Positions 10,196 to 22,516 of a stretch of DNA of 60,209 bases are shown here, piece after piece. This stretch comes from Anaerolineae bacterium. GTDB lineage: Bacteria; Chloroflexota; Anaerolineae; Aggregatilineales; Phototrophicaceae. Numbering within the stretch: position 1 is the first letter of the stretch; each line of letters opens with the position of its first letter. Location: NCBI GenBank assembly GCA_016788625.1, contig JAEUQX010000082.1:1-60209 (forward strand), given 5' to 3'. A model generated the notes under the pieces. The model had not been told where the DNA came from, searched no databases, and saw nothing but the letters and a program-made list of their open reading frames with translations. A program made the position numbers and the translations under genes.

Positions 10196-10402
10196 CTACC
10201 AGCTTGACTTGACCACGCCAGGGATTTTGCCCTGGAGCGCCATTTCGCGGAAATGAATCCGGCACAGTCCGAAGCGCCCAATATAGGCGCGCGGGCGACC
10301 GCAGGTCTTGCCGGAGTTGGGGTCAACGAACTGGCAGCGGTTGCGGACGCGAACTTTAAATTTGCGACGGCCCTCACGGGCGACCATTGACCGTTTCGAC
10401 AT
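10196..10402 (-). CDS. rpsN: 30S ribosomal protein S14, short (Z) type with variant Zn site
   Basis: 68 aa from ATG 10402: [10 protein letters not shown]...[35 protein letters not shown]. Confidence 0.96.
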   Translation of the reverse strand: MSKRSMVAREGRRKFKVRVRNRCQFVDPNSGKTCGRPRAYIGRFGLCRIHFREMALQGKIPGVVKSSW

Positions 10403-10418
10403 GGTGTTCGTCCCCTCG

Positions 10419-10964
10419 TTAGTTCTTCTGGAAAGGCATTCCCAGCAGCGCCAACATACGACGGCCTTCTTCGTCGCTCTTGGCCGTGGTGACGATGGTG
10501 ATTTCCATGCCACGCACTTTATCGATCTTATCGTACTGAATTTCCGCAAACATCAATTGTTCGCGCAGACCGATAGTATAGTTGCCGCGCCCATCCATCT
10601 TGGAGGGCACCCCACGAAAGTCGCGCACGCGGGGCAGGGCGATGTTGATCAGGCGGTCGAGCAGCGACCACATGCGTTCGCCGCGCAGCGTGACCTTGAC
10701 GCCGATGGCCTTGCCCTCGCGCAGCTTAAAGGTCGCGATGCTCTTCTTCGCCTTCGTGATGACCGGCTGCTGCCCGGTGATGATCCGCAGGTCTTCGACC
10801 GCGCCATCGAGCAGCTTGGGGTTGTCGTTCGCCTCGCCCAGACCGATGTTGATGACCACCTTCTGGATACGCGGCACTTCCATCACGTTCTCATATTTGA
10901 ATTCCTGGATGAGTGCAGGAACCACTTCTTCCCGGTAACGGTTTTGCATAATCGGTATTGCCAT
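10419..10964 (-). CDS. rplE: 50S ribosomal protein L5
   Basis: [33 protein letters not shown]; ATG at 10964. Confidence 0.98.
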   Translation of the reverse strand: MAIPIMQNRYREEVVPALIQEFKYENVMEVPRIQKVVINIGLGEANDNPKLLDGAVEDLRIITGQQPVITKAKKSIATFKLREGKAIGVKVTLRGERMWSLLDRLINIALPRVRDFRGVPSKMDGRGNYTIGLREQLMFAEIQYDKIDKVRGMEITIVTTAKSDEEGRRMLALLGMPFQKN

Positions 10965-10977
10965 CGTCCGTCTCTCC

Positions 10978-11301
10978 CTAGTCAATATCGGCCTGGCACT
11001 GCTTGCAGAAGCGCACTTTGCGGCCATCATCCTTGAAGCGGAAGCCGACGCGCACCCGCTTGTCGCAGGACGGGCAGACCAACATCACGTTCGAGACGTG
11101 CAGCGGCGCATTGAACTCGACAATCTGCGCCGGGATCTGGCGGTTGCCGACTTGCTTGGCTTTCTCGTGTTTCTTGGCGATGTTCACACCGCTGACGACC
11201 AGCCGATCATCCTTCGGGGTTACGGAGACGACTTCGCCCCGTTCTCCCAGGTCTTTCCCGGCGATCACTTCAACCGTATCGCCCTTCTTAATCCGTCGCA
11301 T
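10978..11301 (-). CDS. rplX: 50S ribosomal protein L24
   Basis: [29 protein letters not shown]; ATG at 11301. Confidence 0.97.
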   Translation of the reverse strand: MRRIKKGDTVEVIAGKDLGERGEVVSVTPKDDRLVVSGVNIAKKHEKAKQVGNRQIPAQIVEFNAPLHVSNVMLVCPSCDKRVRVGFRFKDDGRKVRFCKQCQADID

Positions 11302-11314
11302 TGCCTTTACTCCT

Positions 11315-11686
11315 CTAGAGCGTTTCTGGCGCGAGCGACACGATCTTGAGGAAGCCCTTGTCGCGCAGTTCGCGGGCAACCGGGCCAAAGACGCGCGTGC
11401 CGCGCGGGTTTTGCAGGTCATCGGCCAGCAGGACGGCGGCGTTGTCATCAAACTTGATGTACGAGCCGTCGCTGCGGCGGTATTCTTTGGCCGTGCGGAC
11501 GATGACCGCCTTCACGACTTCGCTCTTCTTGACGTTGCCATCGCTGGTCGCCGTCTTGACAGTCGCCACGACGATGTCGCCAATGCTGCCATACCTGCGG
11601 CGCGAACCGCCCAATACGCGGATGACGAGCAGCTCACGCGCGCCGGTGTTATCCGCCACGACCAGCCGTGATTCGTTCTGGATCAT
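11315..11686 (-). CDS. rplN: 50S ribosomal protein L14
   Basis: [26 protein letters not shown]. Confidence 0.98.
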   Translation of the reverse strand: MIQNESRLVVADNTGARELLVIRVLGGSRRRYGSIGDIVVATVKTATSDGNVKKSEVVKAVIVRTAKEYRRSDGSYIKFDDNAAVLLADDLQNPRGTRVFGPVARELRDKGFLKIVSLAPETL

Positions 11687-11689
11687 GAC

Positions 11690-12031
11690 CTACGCTCCTT
11701 CTTCCGTCGGGGCTTGATCCCCGCTGGCTTCGGCGGCAGGTTCGATCACAACTTCGCCGGAAATCGGCTGCAGGACACGCCCACCCGGGGTTTCCAGCAC
11801 CTGCTCGACCACCCAGCGCTTGGTGCGGCTGATCGGCTTGCTTTCGACGATCTGCACGACCGAACCGACTTCAATTGCATCGCTCTCATCGTGGGCCATC
11901 AGGCGCTTGGTGCTGGTGATAACCTTCTTGTAGACGCGGTGCATCTTGCGGCGTTCGATTTCCACGACCACCGTTTTAGACATCTTGTCACTAACGACCC
12001 GGCCAATCAGCCGGCGGCGATCATTAGCCAT
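11690..12031 (-). CDS. rpsQ: 30S ribosomal protein S17
   Basis: [26 protein letters not shown]; acidic C-terminal extension. Confidence 0.97.
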   Translation of the reverse strand: MANDRRRLIGRVVSDKMSKTVVVEIERRKMHRVYKKVITSTKRLMAHDESDAIEVGSVVQIVESKPISRTKRWVVEQVLETPGGRVLQPISGEVVIEPAAEASGDQAPTEEGA

Positions 12032-12248
12032 TGGAGGCCTCCTTATGCGCCGCCTGCTTGGCGAGCTGCCGCTCGTGCAGGACGGTCTTCAACCGCGCGA
12101 TTGTGCGCTTGGTGCGGCGCGGCGCGCTCAGGTCCTCAAGCTGTCCGGAAGCTTTCTGGAAGCGCAGGTTGAAAAGCGCTTCTTTCTGGTCTTCCAGCGC
12201 GTTGAGAATTTCTTCATCAGTCATCTCGCGGATCGCTCGGGATTTCAT
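12024..12248 (-). CDS. rpmC: 50S ribosomal protein L29
   Basis: [22 protein letters not shown]. Confidence 0.97.
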   Translation of the reverse strand: MKSRAIREMTDEEILNALEDQKEALFNLRFQKASGQLEDLSAPRRTKRTIARLKTVLHERQLAKQAAHKEASNG

Positions 12249-12688
12249 AGTTCGAACTTAATCTCCTGGCCTGAAATCGGGTCGTACCGCTTGATGAACT
12301 TGGTCTTGATCGGCAGCTTAAACGCGGCCAGGCGCAGCGCTTCCCGTGCTTCTTCTTCCGATACGCCGCCCATCTCGAAGAGGACGCGACCGGGGCGGAT
12401 GACCGCCACATAGTACTCGACAGAGCCTTTACCGCTGCCCATACGGGTTTCGGCGGCTTTCTGCGTATAGGGCTTGTCTGGGAACACGCGGATCCAGACC
12501 TTGCCACGACGTTTGGTGAAACGCACCATCGCTTTACGAGCGGCTTCGATCTGCCGCGCCGTCAGCCAGATTGGCTCCAGCGCCTGCAAACCGTACTCGC
12601 CGAACTGGACAACGTTGCCGCGGCCAGCTTTGCCCTTCATGTTACCGCGCTGCTGCTTGCGGTATTTCATTCGCTTCGGCATTAACAT
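12245..12688 (-). CDS. rplP: 50S ribosomal protein L16
   Basis: [33 protein letters not shown]. Confidence 0.98.
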   Translation of the reverse strand: MLMPKRMKYRKQQRGNMKGKAGRGNVVQFGEYGLQALEPIWLTARQIEAARKAMVRFTKRRGKVWIRVFPDKPYTQKAAETRMGSGKGSVEYYVAVIRPGRVLFEMGGVSEEEAREALRLAAFKLPIKTKFIKRYDPISGQEIKFEL

Positions 12689-12749
12689 GGTTGACTATTC
12701 CTCATTCTCCGCCATCACCATCTGCATCCTGCATGGGCCGCAGGGGCAG

Positions 12750-13430
12750 TTACGGTGTCACGTAGACATCCTTCTTTGGCGCAGGCTTCTCTTCTTTGCC
12801 ACTACCCAGAACTTCGCCCTTGTAGATCCACACCTTGACGCCGATGCGCCCGAAGGTAGTCAGGGCTTCCGCCGTCCCATAATCGATGTTGGAGCGCAGC
12901 GACGAACGCGGCACGCGCCCTTCGCTGGCCCACTCGCGGCGGGCCATATCAGCGCCGGCGAGGCGACCGCTGACCTCGATCTTGATGCCCAGCGCACCCT
13001 GGCGCATGGCCTGGCTGAGCGCGCGCTTGATGGCGCGGCTGTGGCCGATGCGGCGCTCCAATTGGTCGACGATATTCTCGGCCACCAGCGTCGAATCCAG
13101 GTCGGGCTTGTCAATTTCCGTGACCTCAACCTTGACCTTGTTGGAGGTCAGGGCTTCCAGCCCGGTACGCAGATCCTTCACCGCCTCGCCCTTGCGCCCG
13201 ATCAGGATGCCGGGGCGGGCCGTGTGAATGTTGACAACCAACTGATTGGGATAGCGTTCGATCTCGACGCGGGAAACGCCAGCGCGCTTGCCCAGCTTCT
13301 TGACGTAGCGCCGAATCTTGAAATCTTCTTGCAGCAGTTGGCGAAACTTGTCGCCCTCGGCGTACCAGCGCGCATCCCAATCACGGATGATCTTCAGCCG
13401 GAAGCCGATTGGATGAACTTTACGGCCCAT
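12750..13430 (-). CDS. rpsC: 30S ribosomal protein S3
   Basis: MGRKVHPIGFRL, RPGILIGRKG, SGRLAGA, GVKVWIYKG; ATG at 13430. Confidence 0.98.
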   Translation of the reverse strand: MGRKVHPIGFRLKIIRDWDARWYAEGDKFRQLLQEDFKIRRYVKKLGKRAGVSRVEIERYPNQLVVNIHTARPGILIGRKGEAVKDLRTGLEALTSNKVKVEVTEIDKPDLDSTLVAENIVDQLERRIGHSRAIKRALSQAMRQGALGIKIEVSGRLAGADMARREWASEGRVPRSSLRSNIDYGTAEALTTFGRIGVKVWIYKGEVLGSGKEEKPAPKKDVYVTP

Positions 13431-13431
13431 C

Positions 13432-13773
13432 TTAGGCCCCCTCTCGCTCTTGCAGGACAATGGTCAGATGCGCCGTGCGGCGAACGCGCGGCTTGTAGCG
13501 GCCACGCGCACCAGCCTTCATGCGCTTCAGGCGCGGGCCGTCGTCGGCAAAAATCTGCGCGACGATCAGGGTATCCGGATCCAGGTCATAGTTGTTCTCG
13601 GCATTCGCAATCGCCGACTTGAGGGTTTTGACGACGAACGTCGCGCCCTTCTGCGGCATGAATTGCAGTACCGTCACGGCCTGGACTGCGCCCATCCCGC
13701 GCACCTTGTCGCAGACGAGGCGCAGCTTCTGGGGCGAAATCGAGAGAAAACTGGTCTTAGCCTGTACTTCCAT
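13432..13773 (-). CDS. rplV: 50S ribosomal protein L22
   Basis: ISPQKLRLV, SAIANAENN, DDGPRLKR, RTAHLTI. Confidence 0.98.
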   Translation of the reverse strand: MEVQAKTSFLSISPQKLRLVCDKVRGMGAVQAVTVLQFMPQKGATFVVKTLKSAIANAENNYDLDPDTLIVAQIFADDGPRLKRMKAGARGRYKPRVRRTAHLTIVLQEREGA

Positions 13774-13785
13774 CGCGGCTACTCC

Positions 13786-14082
13786 TTACTTCTTGGCCGC
13801 TGGCGCGCCGGCGCTGGTCTTCTTCTCAATCAGATGACCGCGATAGGTACGCGTCGGGGCGAATTCGCCCAGCTTGTGGCCGACCATGTTTTCGGTGATG
13901 TAGATCGGCACATGGCGGCGGCCATCATGCACGGCAATGGTGTGACCGACCATCTGCGGGAAAATCGTGCTGGCGCGGCTCCAGGTGCGGACGACAACCT
14001 TCTTGTTTTCCTGATTGAGCTTGTCAATCTTCTTCAACAGTTTGGGGCTGATGAAAGGCCCCTTCTTCAGTGAACGCGACAT
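13786..14082 (-). CDS. rpsS: 30S ribosomal protein S19
   Basis: [29 protein letters not shown]; ATG at 14082. Confidence 0.98.
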   Translation of the reverse strand: MSRSLKKGPFISPKLLKKIDKLNQENKKVVVRTWSRASTIFPQMVGHTIAVHDGRRHVPIYITENMVGHKLGEFAPTRTYRGHLIEKKTSAGAPAAKK

Positions 14083-14133
14083 ACTTGTTCCCTCACAAAG
14101 AACTGGAAACGCAGCGCTCTGCACCCCGCAGGG

Positions 14134-14961
14134 CTACGAACTGCGCCGCCGAATGATGAAACGGTCGGTGCGGCGGTTCGTGCGGGTCTTCTTGCCGAGT
14201 GCCGGCTTGCCCCAGGGCGTCTTCGGGCCGGGCATACCGATAGGTGAGCGGCCTTCGCCACCACCATGCGGATGACTGCCGGGGTCCATAGCGATACCAC
14301 GAACGGTTGGGCGGATACCCATCCAGCGCTTGCGGCCAGCCTTACCCAGGTTGACGTTGCCGTGATCGGTGTTGCCTACCTGGCCGATGGTTGCCATGCA
14401 CTGGTCATTGATATAGCGCATCTCGCCGCTGGGCATACGCACTGCGGCATAGCTGCTTTCCTTCGCCAAAAGCTGCGCCGAGACGCCTGCCGCGCGCACC
14501 AGCTTGCCACCCCGACCGGGCTGTACCTCGATGTTGTGGATCAGCGTACCGACCGGAATGTCGCGGATGGGCAGGGCATCGCCTGTACGGAGCTGCGCCT
14601 GATCGCCATTGGCAACGCGGTCGCCCACCTTCAGCCCCAGCGGGGCGATGATGTAGCGGCGTTCGCCGTCCTTGAACTCGATCAGGGCAATGCGCGCCGA
14701 GCGGTTCGGGTCGTACTCAATCGAGACGACCTCCGCCGGAACGTCGAACTTGTCGCGCTTGAAGTCGATCACGCGGTAACGGCGCTTGTGGCCGCCGCCG
14801 CGATGACGGACGGTGACGCGCCCGCTGTTATTGCGCCCGCCGCGCTTGCGGATCGCTTCGGTGAGCGAGCGCTGCGGCGTGCTGCTGGTAATTTCTTCAA
14901 AACTGTGACCCGTCATCCCTCGACGGCCAGCCGAGGTGGGTTTATAGACTTTAACTGGCAT
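14134..14961 (-). CDS. rplB: 50S ribosomal protein L2
   Basis: [31 protein letters not shown]; ATG at 14961. Confidence 0.98.
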   Translation of the reverse strand: MPVKVYKPTSAGRRGMTGHSFEEITSSTPQRSLTEAIRKRGGRNNSGRVTVRHRGGGHKRRYRVIDFKRDKFDVPAEVVSIEYDPNRSARIALIEFKDGERRYIIAPLGLKVGDRVANGDQAQLRTGDALPIRDIPVGTLIHNIEVQPGRGGKLVRAAGVSAQLLAKESSYAAVRMPSGEMRYINDQCMATIGQVGNTDHGNVNLGKAGRKRWMGIRPTVRGIAMDPGSHPHGGGEGRSPIGMPGPKTPWGKPALGKKTRTNRRTDRFIIRRRSS

Positions 14962-14971
14962 CGTCTTACCC

Positions 14972-15268
14972 CTAGAGATTGAACAACTCAATCGTCTGCC
15001 CGTCCTGGACGGTGACGATAGCTTTCTTCCACTGGCGTGAGCGCAAATACCAGTTGCGTCCGCGGCGTCCGCGCTTGGCGGGCATGACCATCGTGTTGAC
15101 CTTGACCACTGCGACTTCAAAGATCAGTTCGACGGCTTCCTTGATCTGAATCTTGTTGGCCTCTGGCGCGACCTCGAACACGTACTGGTTCAGTTCGTCC
15201 GATTGGACAGCCGACTTTTCCGTGACGACGGGGCGAACGAGGACATCGTAGAGATGCAGTTCAGCCAT
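14972..15268 (-). CDS. rplW: 50S ribosomal protein L23
   Basis: [25 protein letters not shown]. Confidence 0.97.
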   Translation of the reverse strand: MAELHLYDVLVRPVVTEKSAVQSDELNQYVFEVAPEANKIQIKEAVELIFEVAVVKVNTMVMPAKRGRRGRNWYLRSRQWKKAIVTVQDGQTIELFNL

Positions 15269-15270
15269 GT

Positions 15271-15906
15271 TTACTTCTCTCCCTTGCCCCAGAGGTTCTG
15301 AATGACCTCTAGCGCGTCCAGCGGCACGATCACCTTGCCATATTGCAGCAGGTCGCGCATGTTCAGGTAGTTGACACGGATGACGTGCGCGCCATCCAGG
15401 TTGTGGATGCTGCGCTCGACATTTTCATTGCGCGCAGCCATCAACACCAGCGCCTTGCCGTCCTTGCCGACCAGCGCATCGAGAACCTGGCGCATGGCCT
15501 TGGTCTTGGGGGCTTCCAGCGCCAGGCTGTCCACGAAGACCAACTGGTTATCGCGCGCCAGGGCGCTCAGCGCGCAGCGGATGGCCTGCTGGCGCATCTT
15601 ACGCGGCATGTCTTTGGTGTACTTGTGCGGCGTCGGGCCTTTCGGGCGGCCACCACCAACGAACTGGGTAGCATCGCGCGAGCCGTGACGGGCACGGCCT
15701 GTACCCTTCTGGCGGTACCACTTGGCCGACGTGCGATTGACTTCGCCGCGACGCTTGACCTTGTGCGTGCCGAGGCGCGCATTCGCCATCTGCCGCACGA
15801 ATGCCTGATGCATCAGGCCGGTGTTGATTTCGACTTCAAAAATATCGGCGGGCAGGTCGATGGTACGCACCTGCTTGCCGCTCATATCCATCACTGGAAC
15901 TTGCAT
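15271..15906 (-). CDS. rplD: 50S ribosomal protein L4
   Basis: [16 protein letters not shown]. Confidence 0.97.
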   Translation of the reverse strand: MQVPVMDMSGKQVRTIDLPADIFEVEINTGLMHQAFVRQMANARLGTHKVKRRGEVNRTSAKWYRQKGTGRARHGSRDATQFVGGGRPKGPTPHKYTKDMPRKMRQQAIRCALSALARDNQLVFVDSLALEAPKTKAMRQVLDALVGKDGKALVLMAARNENVERSIHNLDGAHVIRVNYLNMRDLLQYGKVIVPLDALEVIQNLWGKGEK

Positions 15907-15927
15907 GATTGGCTCTCCTCTCGTCCC

Positions 15928-16575
15928 TTATTTCTTGCCACGACGGCGCGGGCGCGCGGGCTTGATCATGACGATGCCGCCGTTGACGCCGGGGACAGAA
16001 CCCTTCACGGCGAGGAGATGGCGTTCCGCGTCGATTTTGACCACCTTGAGATTTTCGGTGGTGACGCGCACGCTGCCCATTTGCCCCGGATAGCGCTTGC
16101 CCTTCAGGGTACGACCGGGGTAGGTGTTCGCGCCCGCCGAACCCGGCGCGCGTGTGCGGTCTGATGCACCGTGAGTCTTGGGCTGGCGGTTGAAGTTGTG
16201 GCGCTTGATACCGCCCTGGAAACCCCGACCCTTGCTCGTGCCGATCACGTCTACCCGCTCGCCTTCGCTGAACACATCAGCCGAAAGCTGCTGGCCTTCC
16301 TGGACATCGAGTTCGCCGTTCTTAACCCGGAATTCGCGCAGGTGGCGCAGCGCCGGGAGATTGTTACGCTTCAGGTGGCCGAGTTCGCCTTTGGACATGC
16401 GCTGGGGCTTGGACTCGCCAAAACCCAACTGCACGGCGACATAGCCGTCTCGATCAGCAGTACGAACCTGCGTCACATAACACGGCCCAACTTCGATGAC
16501 GGTGACAGGGATAACGTTTCCCTGTTCGTCGAAGATCTGGGTCATGCCAACTTTCTTGCCAATTAAACCTTTCAT
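15928..16575 (-). CDS. rplC: 50S ribosomal protein L3
   Basis: [34 protein letters not shown]. Confidence 0.98.
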   Translation of the reverse strand: MKGLIGKKVGMTQIFDEQGNVIPVTVIEVGPCYVTQVRTADRDGYVAVQLGFGESKPQRMSKGELGHLKRNNLPALRHLREFRVKNGELDVQEGQQLSADVFSEGERVDVIGTSKGRGFQGGIKRHNFNRQPKTHGASDRTRAPGSAGANTYPGRTLKGKRYPGQMGSVRVTTENLKVVKIDAERHLLAVKGSVPGVNGGIVMIKPARPRRRGKK

Positions 16576-16585
16576 CGCTGCCCCC

Positions 16586-16891
16586 TTATTTCACGATGAT
16601 GTCGACGCCAGCGGGCAGGTTCAGCCGCATGAGCGCGTCAATCGTCTTGCTGTCAGGGTCGAGGACATCGATCAGGCGCTTGTGAGTGCGAATCTCAAAA
16701 TGCTCCTGCGAGTCCTTGTCGATGAACGGGCTGCGGCGCACGGTAAAGCGCTCAATGCGCGTAGGCAGCGGCACCGGGCCGACAACACGCGCGCCCGTGC
16801 GTTCCGCCGTTTCGACAATCCGCTGAACGGACTGATCGAGGACACGGTGGTCATACGCCTTGAGCCAGATACGAATCTTATTTCTGACCAT
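16586..16891 (-). CDS. rpsJ: 30S ribosomal protein S10
   Basis: [36 protein letters not shown]. Confidence 0.98.
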   Translation of the reverse strand: MVRNKIRIWLKAYDHRVLDQSVQRIVETAERTGARVVGPVPLPTRIERFTVRRSPFIDKDSQEHFEIRTHKRLIDVLDPDSKTIDALMRLNLPAGVDIIVK

Positions 16892-16934
16892 GATTACCTC
16901 TCAGCCTGGTTGTGTTGCCCGTGCCTATTGGCAA

Positions 16935-16962
16935 GTGAGGGCGCAACTTTGTGCGCCCCCAC
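16935..16962. repeat. REP-like palindrome
   Basis: gtgagggcgca-actttg-tgcgcccccac between tuf and rpsJ. Confidence 0.55.
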
Positions 16963-16993
16963 ACCCGGTTTACAACCGTGACTAGCTGTGACT

Positions 16994-18187
<1,194 letters not shown>

Positions 18188-18252
18188 TGGTATGTGATCC
18201 TTTTCTACGCCTCAAACTGACTGACATTTCCCCACCGGGGAGCTTTGAGTAT

Positions 18253-18276
18253 CAGGGCGGGCCAAATCCCGCCCTT
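18253..18276. repeat. REP-like hairpin
   Basis: agggcggg-ccaaat-cccgccct between fusA and tuf. Confidence 0.45.
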
Positions 18277-18297
18277 GTCATGATGACCGTGTTTCCG

Positions 18298-20406
18298 TTA
18301 ACGCCCGCTCTTGATCACTTCTTCAGCGATGTTGTTGGGCGCAACCGCGTATTTCTCGAATTCCATCGTGAAGGCGCCGCGTCCCTGCGTCATATTACGC
18401 AGGTTGGTGGCGTACCCGAACATCTCGCCCAGCGGAACGGTCGCGCGCACCGAAGTTGCGCCACCGCCGCGCGGTTCCATGCCGGAGATGATGCCGCGCC
18501 GCGCCGAAAGATCGCCGACAATCGTGCCCGTGTAGTCTTCCGGCACGACGACTTCGACCTTCATGGTCGGTTCCAGCAGCACGGGGCCAGCCTTCTGCAC
18601 GCCTTCCTTGAGGCACATCGAGCCAGCGACCTTGAAGGCCATTTCCGACGAGTCCACATCGTGGAACGCGCCGTCGACCAGCGTCGCCTTGAGCAGCGTG
18701 ACCGGGTATCCGGCCAGCACGCCCCCCTGCATCGCATCGCGCACGCCGTTCATCGTTGGCTTGATGAACTCACGCGGGATGGTACCGCCGCGAATGCTGT
18801 CCACCCACATCCAGTCTTCACCGGGGGGCAGCGCCAGGCGTTCTTCTTCCGTCAGCGGGTCGAACTCGATGACGACGCGGGCATACTGACCCGAACCGCC
18901 CGTCTGCCGCTTGAAGGTGGTGTCGATGCGCGCATGGCGGGTGATCGTTTCGCGGTAGGCCACGCGGGGCTTGCCGACAGACGCCTGCACATTGAACTCG
19001 CGGAACATACGATCCACGAGGATTTCCAGGTGCAGCTCACCCATACCCTTGATCTTGGTCTGGCCGAGCTTGTCGTCCACCTCGATCTTGAAGGTGGGAT
19101 CTTCTTCCGCCAGACGGCGCAGCGCGATACCCATCTTGTCCTGATCGGCCTTGCTGTTCGGCTCAATCGAGAGTTCGATGACCGGTTCAGGGAAGCTGAT
19201 CTTCTCAAGCACAATCGGGTTGTTGGCATCGCTCAGCGTGTCGCCCGTGAAGGTTTCCTTCAGGCCGAGGATCGCGGCGATGTCGCCCGCCTGCACTTCT
19301 TCAACATCTTCGCGGCGGTCAGCGAACATACGGACGATACGACCGATACGTTCCTTCTCGCCCTTGCTCGTGTTGACCAGCATCGAACCCGCCTTGACCA
19401 CGCCGGAATAGACGCGGAAGAAGGCCAGTCGTCCCACATACGGGTCGGTGATGATCTTGAAGACCAGCGCGGCGGTCGGCTCGTCGTTATCGGCCCGGCG
19501 CGTCACCGGCTCTTCCGTCTTCGGGTGCATCCCCTTGATATCCGGGATGTCCAGCGGCGAGGGCAGCAGGTCGACCACGCGGTTGAGCATGGTCTGCACA
19601 CCCTTGTTCTTCAGCGCCGAACCGCACAGCACCGGGTGAATCTTGCCCGCGATGGTGGCCGCGCGCATCGCGCCCAGCAGTTCATCGTGGGTGACTTCTT
19701 CGCCCATCAGGTACTTCTCGGTCAGGAAGTCGTCGTTCTCAACGACCTTCTCGACCATTTCCATGCGGCGGGTTTCGGCCTGCTCGCGATACGCTTCCGG
19801 GATCTCGTGTTCGGTGATCGTGTTGCCCATATCACCTTCGTAGGTGATGAGCTTCATGTCGATCAGGTCGATGATGCCAGCGAATTCCGGGCCTTCGCCA
19901 TACGGAATCTGGATGACGACCGGATTGCCGTTGACGCGCTCGATGATCATATCGACGCAGCGCTGGAAGTTCGCACCGACACGGTCCATCTTGTTGACGA
20001 AACAGATGCGCGGCACGCTGTAGTTATTGGCCTGTCGCCATACTGTCTCCGACTGCGGCTCAACGCCCGCCACGCCGTCGAAAACGACCACACCACCATC
20101 GAGCACGCGCAGGCTGCGCTGCACTTCGGCGGTGAAATCGACGTGACCGGGGGTGTCGATGACGTTGATCTGGTGATCACGCCAGTTCGCAGTGATCGCA
20201 GCGGCGGTGATGGTGATCCCGCGCTCGCGTTCCTGCTCCATATAGTCGGTCGTCGCTGCGCCTTCGTGTACTTCACCGATCTTATGGATCATGCCGGTGT
20301 AGTACAGAACGCGCTCGGTCGTCGTGGTCTTGCCCGCGTCGATGTGCGCGATGATGCCGATATTGCGGACTTTATTCAGATCGAGTTTTGCGCCTTTAGT
20401 CGCCAT
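18298..20406 (-). CDS. fusA: Elongation factor G
   Basis: [35 protein letters not shown]. Confidence 0.99.
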   Translation of the reverse strand: MATKGAKLDLNKVRNIGIIAHIDAGKTTTTERVLYYTGMIHKIGEVHEGAATTDYMEQERERGITITAAAITANWRDHQINVIDTPGHVDFTAEVQRSLRVLDGGVVVFDGVAGVEPQSETVWRQANNYSVPRICFVNKMDRVGANFQRCVDMIIERVNGNPVVIQIPYGEGPEFAGIIDLIDMKLITYEGDMGNTITEHEIPEAYREQAETRRMEMVEKVVENDDFLTEKYLMGEEVTHDELLGAMRAATIAGKIHPVLCGSALKNKGVQTMLNRVVDLLPSPLDIPDIKGMHPKTEEPVTRRADNDEPTAALVFKIITDPYVGRLAFFRVYSGVVKAGSMLVNTSKGEKERIGRIVRMFADRREDVEEVQAGDIAAILGLKETFTGDTLSDANNPIVLEKISFPEPVIELSIEPNSKADQDKMGIALRRLAEEDPTFKIEVDDKLGQTKIKGMGELHLEILVDRMFREFNVQASVGKPRVAYRETITRHARIDTTFKRQTGGSGQYARVVIEFDPLTEEERLALPPGEDWMWVDSIRGGTIPREFIKPTMNGVRDAMQGGVLAGYPVTLLKATLVDGAFHDVDSSEMAFKVAGSMCLKEGVQKAGPVLLEPTMKVEVVVPEDYTGTIVGDLSARRGIISGMEPRGGGATSVRATVPLGEMFGYATNLRNMTQGRGAFTMEFEKYAVAPNNIAEEVIKSGR

Positions 20407-20448
20407 GCTTCTCTCAAACTACCTGTACGATCAGCTTCTGATTCCGCT

Positions 20449-20916
20449 TTAGCGGAAGTGAGCGAACGCGCGGTTCGCCTCGGCCATACGATGCGTGTCT
20501 TCCTTCTTCTTGATCGACGCACCCTGATTATTGAAAGCGTCCAGCAGTTCACCCGCCAGCCGTTCTTCCATGTTGCGACCACCGCGTTTGCGCGCGGTTT
20601 CCAGCAGCCAGCGCATCGCCAGCGAGGTCGCCCGTTCGTGCGGCACTTCCACCGGCACCTGATAGGTCGAACCGCCGACACGCATCGGCTTGACTTCGAC
20701 GGCGGGAGAGACGTTGCGCAGGGCGGTCTCGAAAACCTCAACCGGATTGCGCTTCATGCGTTCTTCGATGATGTCAAAGGCCGCGTACATGATGGCCTGG
20801 GCGGTGCTGCGCTTGCCGCCGTGCATCATGCGGTTGATGAACATCGTGACATACATGCTGTTGAATTTCTTATCCGGCGGCACGCGGCGTTTGGCCGGGG
20901 TGTTTCTTCTGGACAT
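20449..20916 (-). CDS. rpsG: 30S ribosomal protein S7
   Basis: [22 protein letters not shown]. Confidence 0.98.
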   Translation of the reverse strand: MSRRNTPAKRRVPPDKKFNSMYVTMFINRMMHGGKRSTAQAIMYAAFDIIEERMKRNPVEVFETALRNVSPAVEVKPMRVGGSTYQVPVEVPHERATSLAMRWLLETARKRGGRNMEERLAGELLDAFNNQGASIKKKEDTHRMAEANRAFAHFR

Positions 20917-20934
20917 TTCCGAAAAACCTCGCTC

Positions 20935-21384
20935 TTACTTTTTCTTGCCAGCGGGAGCGGCCTGGCCCGGTTTCGGACGCTTGGCTCCGTACTTGCTGCG
21001 ACCCTGTTCGCGGTTCTTGACGCCATCCGTATCCAGCGTGCCACGCACGATGTGGTAGCGCACGCCGGGCAGATCCTTGACACGACCGCCGCGCACCAGC
21101 ACGACGCTGTGTTCCTGCAAGCTGTGACCTTCACCAGGGATGTAGGCCGTCACTTCGATCTGGTTGGTCAGGCGAACGCGGGCCACTTTACGCAGCGCCG
21201 AATTCGGTTTCTTGGGGGTCATCGTCTTGACGACCGTGCAAACACCACGCTTCTGCGGCGCGCCTTTGCGGCGGCGGGTACGCTTCTGCGAATAGGCGTT
21301 GAGCGTATATTGCAGGGCTGGTGCTTTGCTCTTGCTGGTTTTGGGCTTGCGACCCTTTCGCACCAACTGGTTGATGGTTGGCAT
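20935..21384 (-). CDS. rpsL: 30S ribosomal protein S12
   Basis: [29 protein letters not shown]; ATG at 21384. Confidence 0.98.
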   Translation of the reverse strand: MPTINQLVRKGRKPKTSKSKAPALQYTLNAYSQKRTRRRKGAPQKRGVCTVVKTMTPKKPNSALRKVARVRLTNQIEVTAYIPGEGHSLQEHSVVLVRGGRVKDLPGVRYHIVRGTLDTDGVKNREQGRSKYGAKRPKPGQAAPAGKKK

Positions 21385-21580
21385 TTCTTGCTCCCGATCT
21401 ATAATCCGATTTTGGGCAAGCAAACGGGCGTACTTCAAGGTGAGAGAACGCCCGTGTAGGTCTTACCAGGAAGGCGAGCTATTCCCGCTTGCGAGAGCGC
21501 TTTCGCCATCATTCGCTCGATTCAGTGTGCATTGCCTCAATTTTTTAGGCTGAGGGTGTACACTGCACTTGTGGGTGAGA

Positions 21581-21610
21581 ATACTAGCACTGCCCTGCGC
21601 GCATTGTCAA
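21581..21610 (-). promoter_or_regulatory. sigma70-type promoter of the str/S10 cluster
   Basis: Minus strand TTGACA-18 nt-TAGTAT with extended -10 TG; implies a 5' leader of about 190 nt before rpsL. Confidence 0.7.
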
Positions 21611-21692
21611 GACGGATTGCACGAACTGCATGAAGGCATGTGGGCAATGTGACTGAGTTGTGATCAGGCCATTTGAGGGCAGCACACCCCGT

Positions 21693-22433
21693 TTAATCCA
21701 CAAAACGGTACTTGAACAGCGTCCACAGCGCGATTGGGCCATCCGTCCAGCGGATCTTCTTGCCCTCGTCCCACTCGCGTCCGTTGTACGAGATCGGCAC
21801 TTCGTAGATGCGAATGCCCTGCTTGAGCACCTTCGCAGTGATCTCCGGCTCGAACTCGAAGCGCTTGGCGTGGATCACCAGGTCGCGTACCACATCCGCG
21901 CGGAAAACCTTGTAGCAGGTTTCCATGTCGCTGAGGATGGCGTTATACAGAATGTTGGTGGTGAAAGTCAGCACGCGGTTGGCGACCATGTTCCAGAAAT
22001 TCATCGCCTTGCGCGGGCCGCCCAGGAAGCGCGAACCATAGACCACCGTCGCGATGCCTTCCTCTAATGGGCGCAGCAGGATTGGGTACTCGCGCGGGTC
22101 ATATTCATAGTCGGCGTCCTGAATCAGCAGCACGTCACACGAGGCCGCCGCGAAACCGGTGATGACCGCCGCGCCTTTACCCTGGTTGTGGTCGTGATAC
22201 AGAATCCGCAGCCCGGCGCGCTTTTCCGCCTCGATGCCCTTCAGCACCTCGCGCGTGCCGTCCGTCGAGCCGTCGTCCACCACGATGATTTCCTGCGCCA
22301 GCGCGACTGCCTGTACGCGCGCGATCACGTCCGCAATCGTGTGAACCTCGTTGAAACATGGAATGACCACGCTGAGCGACAGCTTGCGATGCAGCATCAG
22401 CTCGTGCGTGGTCTCCAGGTATGTTTCCATCAT
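21693..22433 (-). CDS. Glycosyltransferase family 2 (polyprenol-phosphate glycosyltransferase/DPM1-like)
   Basis: LSVVIPCFNE, VDDGSTDGT, NQGKGAA, QDADYEYDP, VYGSRF, DMETCYK. Confidence 0.92.
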   Translation of the reverse strand: MMETYLETTHELMLHRKLSLSVVIPCFNEVHTIADVIARVQAVALAQEIIVVDDGSTDGTREVLKGIEAEKRAGLRILYHDHNQGKGAAVITGFAAASCDVLLIQDADYEYDPREYPILLRPLEEGIATVVYGSRFLGGPRKAMNFWNMVANRVLTFTTNILYNAILSDMETCYKVFRADVVRDLVIHAKRFEFEPEITAKVLKQGIRIYEVPISYNGREWDEGKKIRWTDGPIALWTLFKYRFVD

Positions 22434-22516
22434 AGCGTTTCAATCCCCATGTTCTGCAACAAATTTCAATACTACATCGGGATTGAACGGTGGAGAATAG
22501 TCTTTTAGCCCTTCCC

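Noticed and set aside
10978-11301. CPSC/CKQC motifs in L24
   Set aside because: Zn-ribbon forms of L24 occur in several bacterial lineages; not unusual enough to flag.
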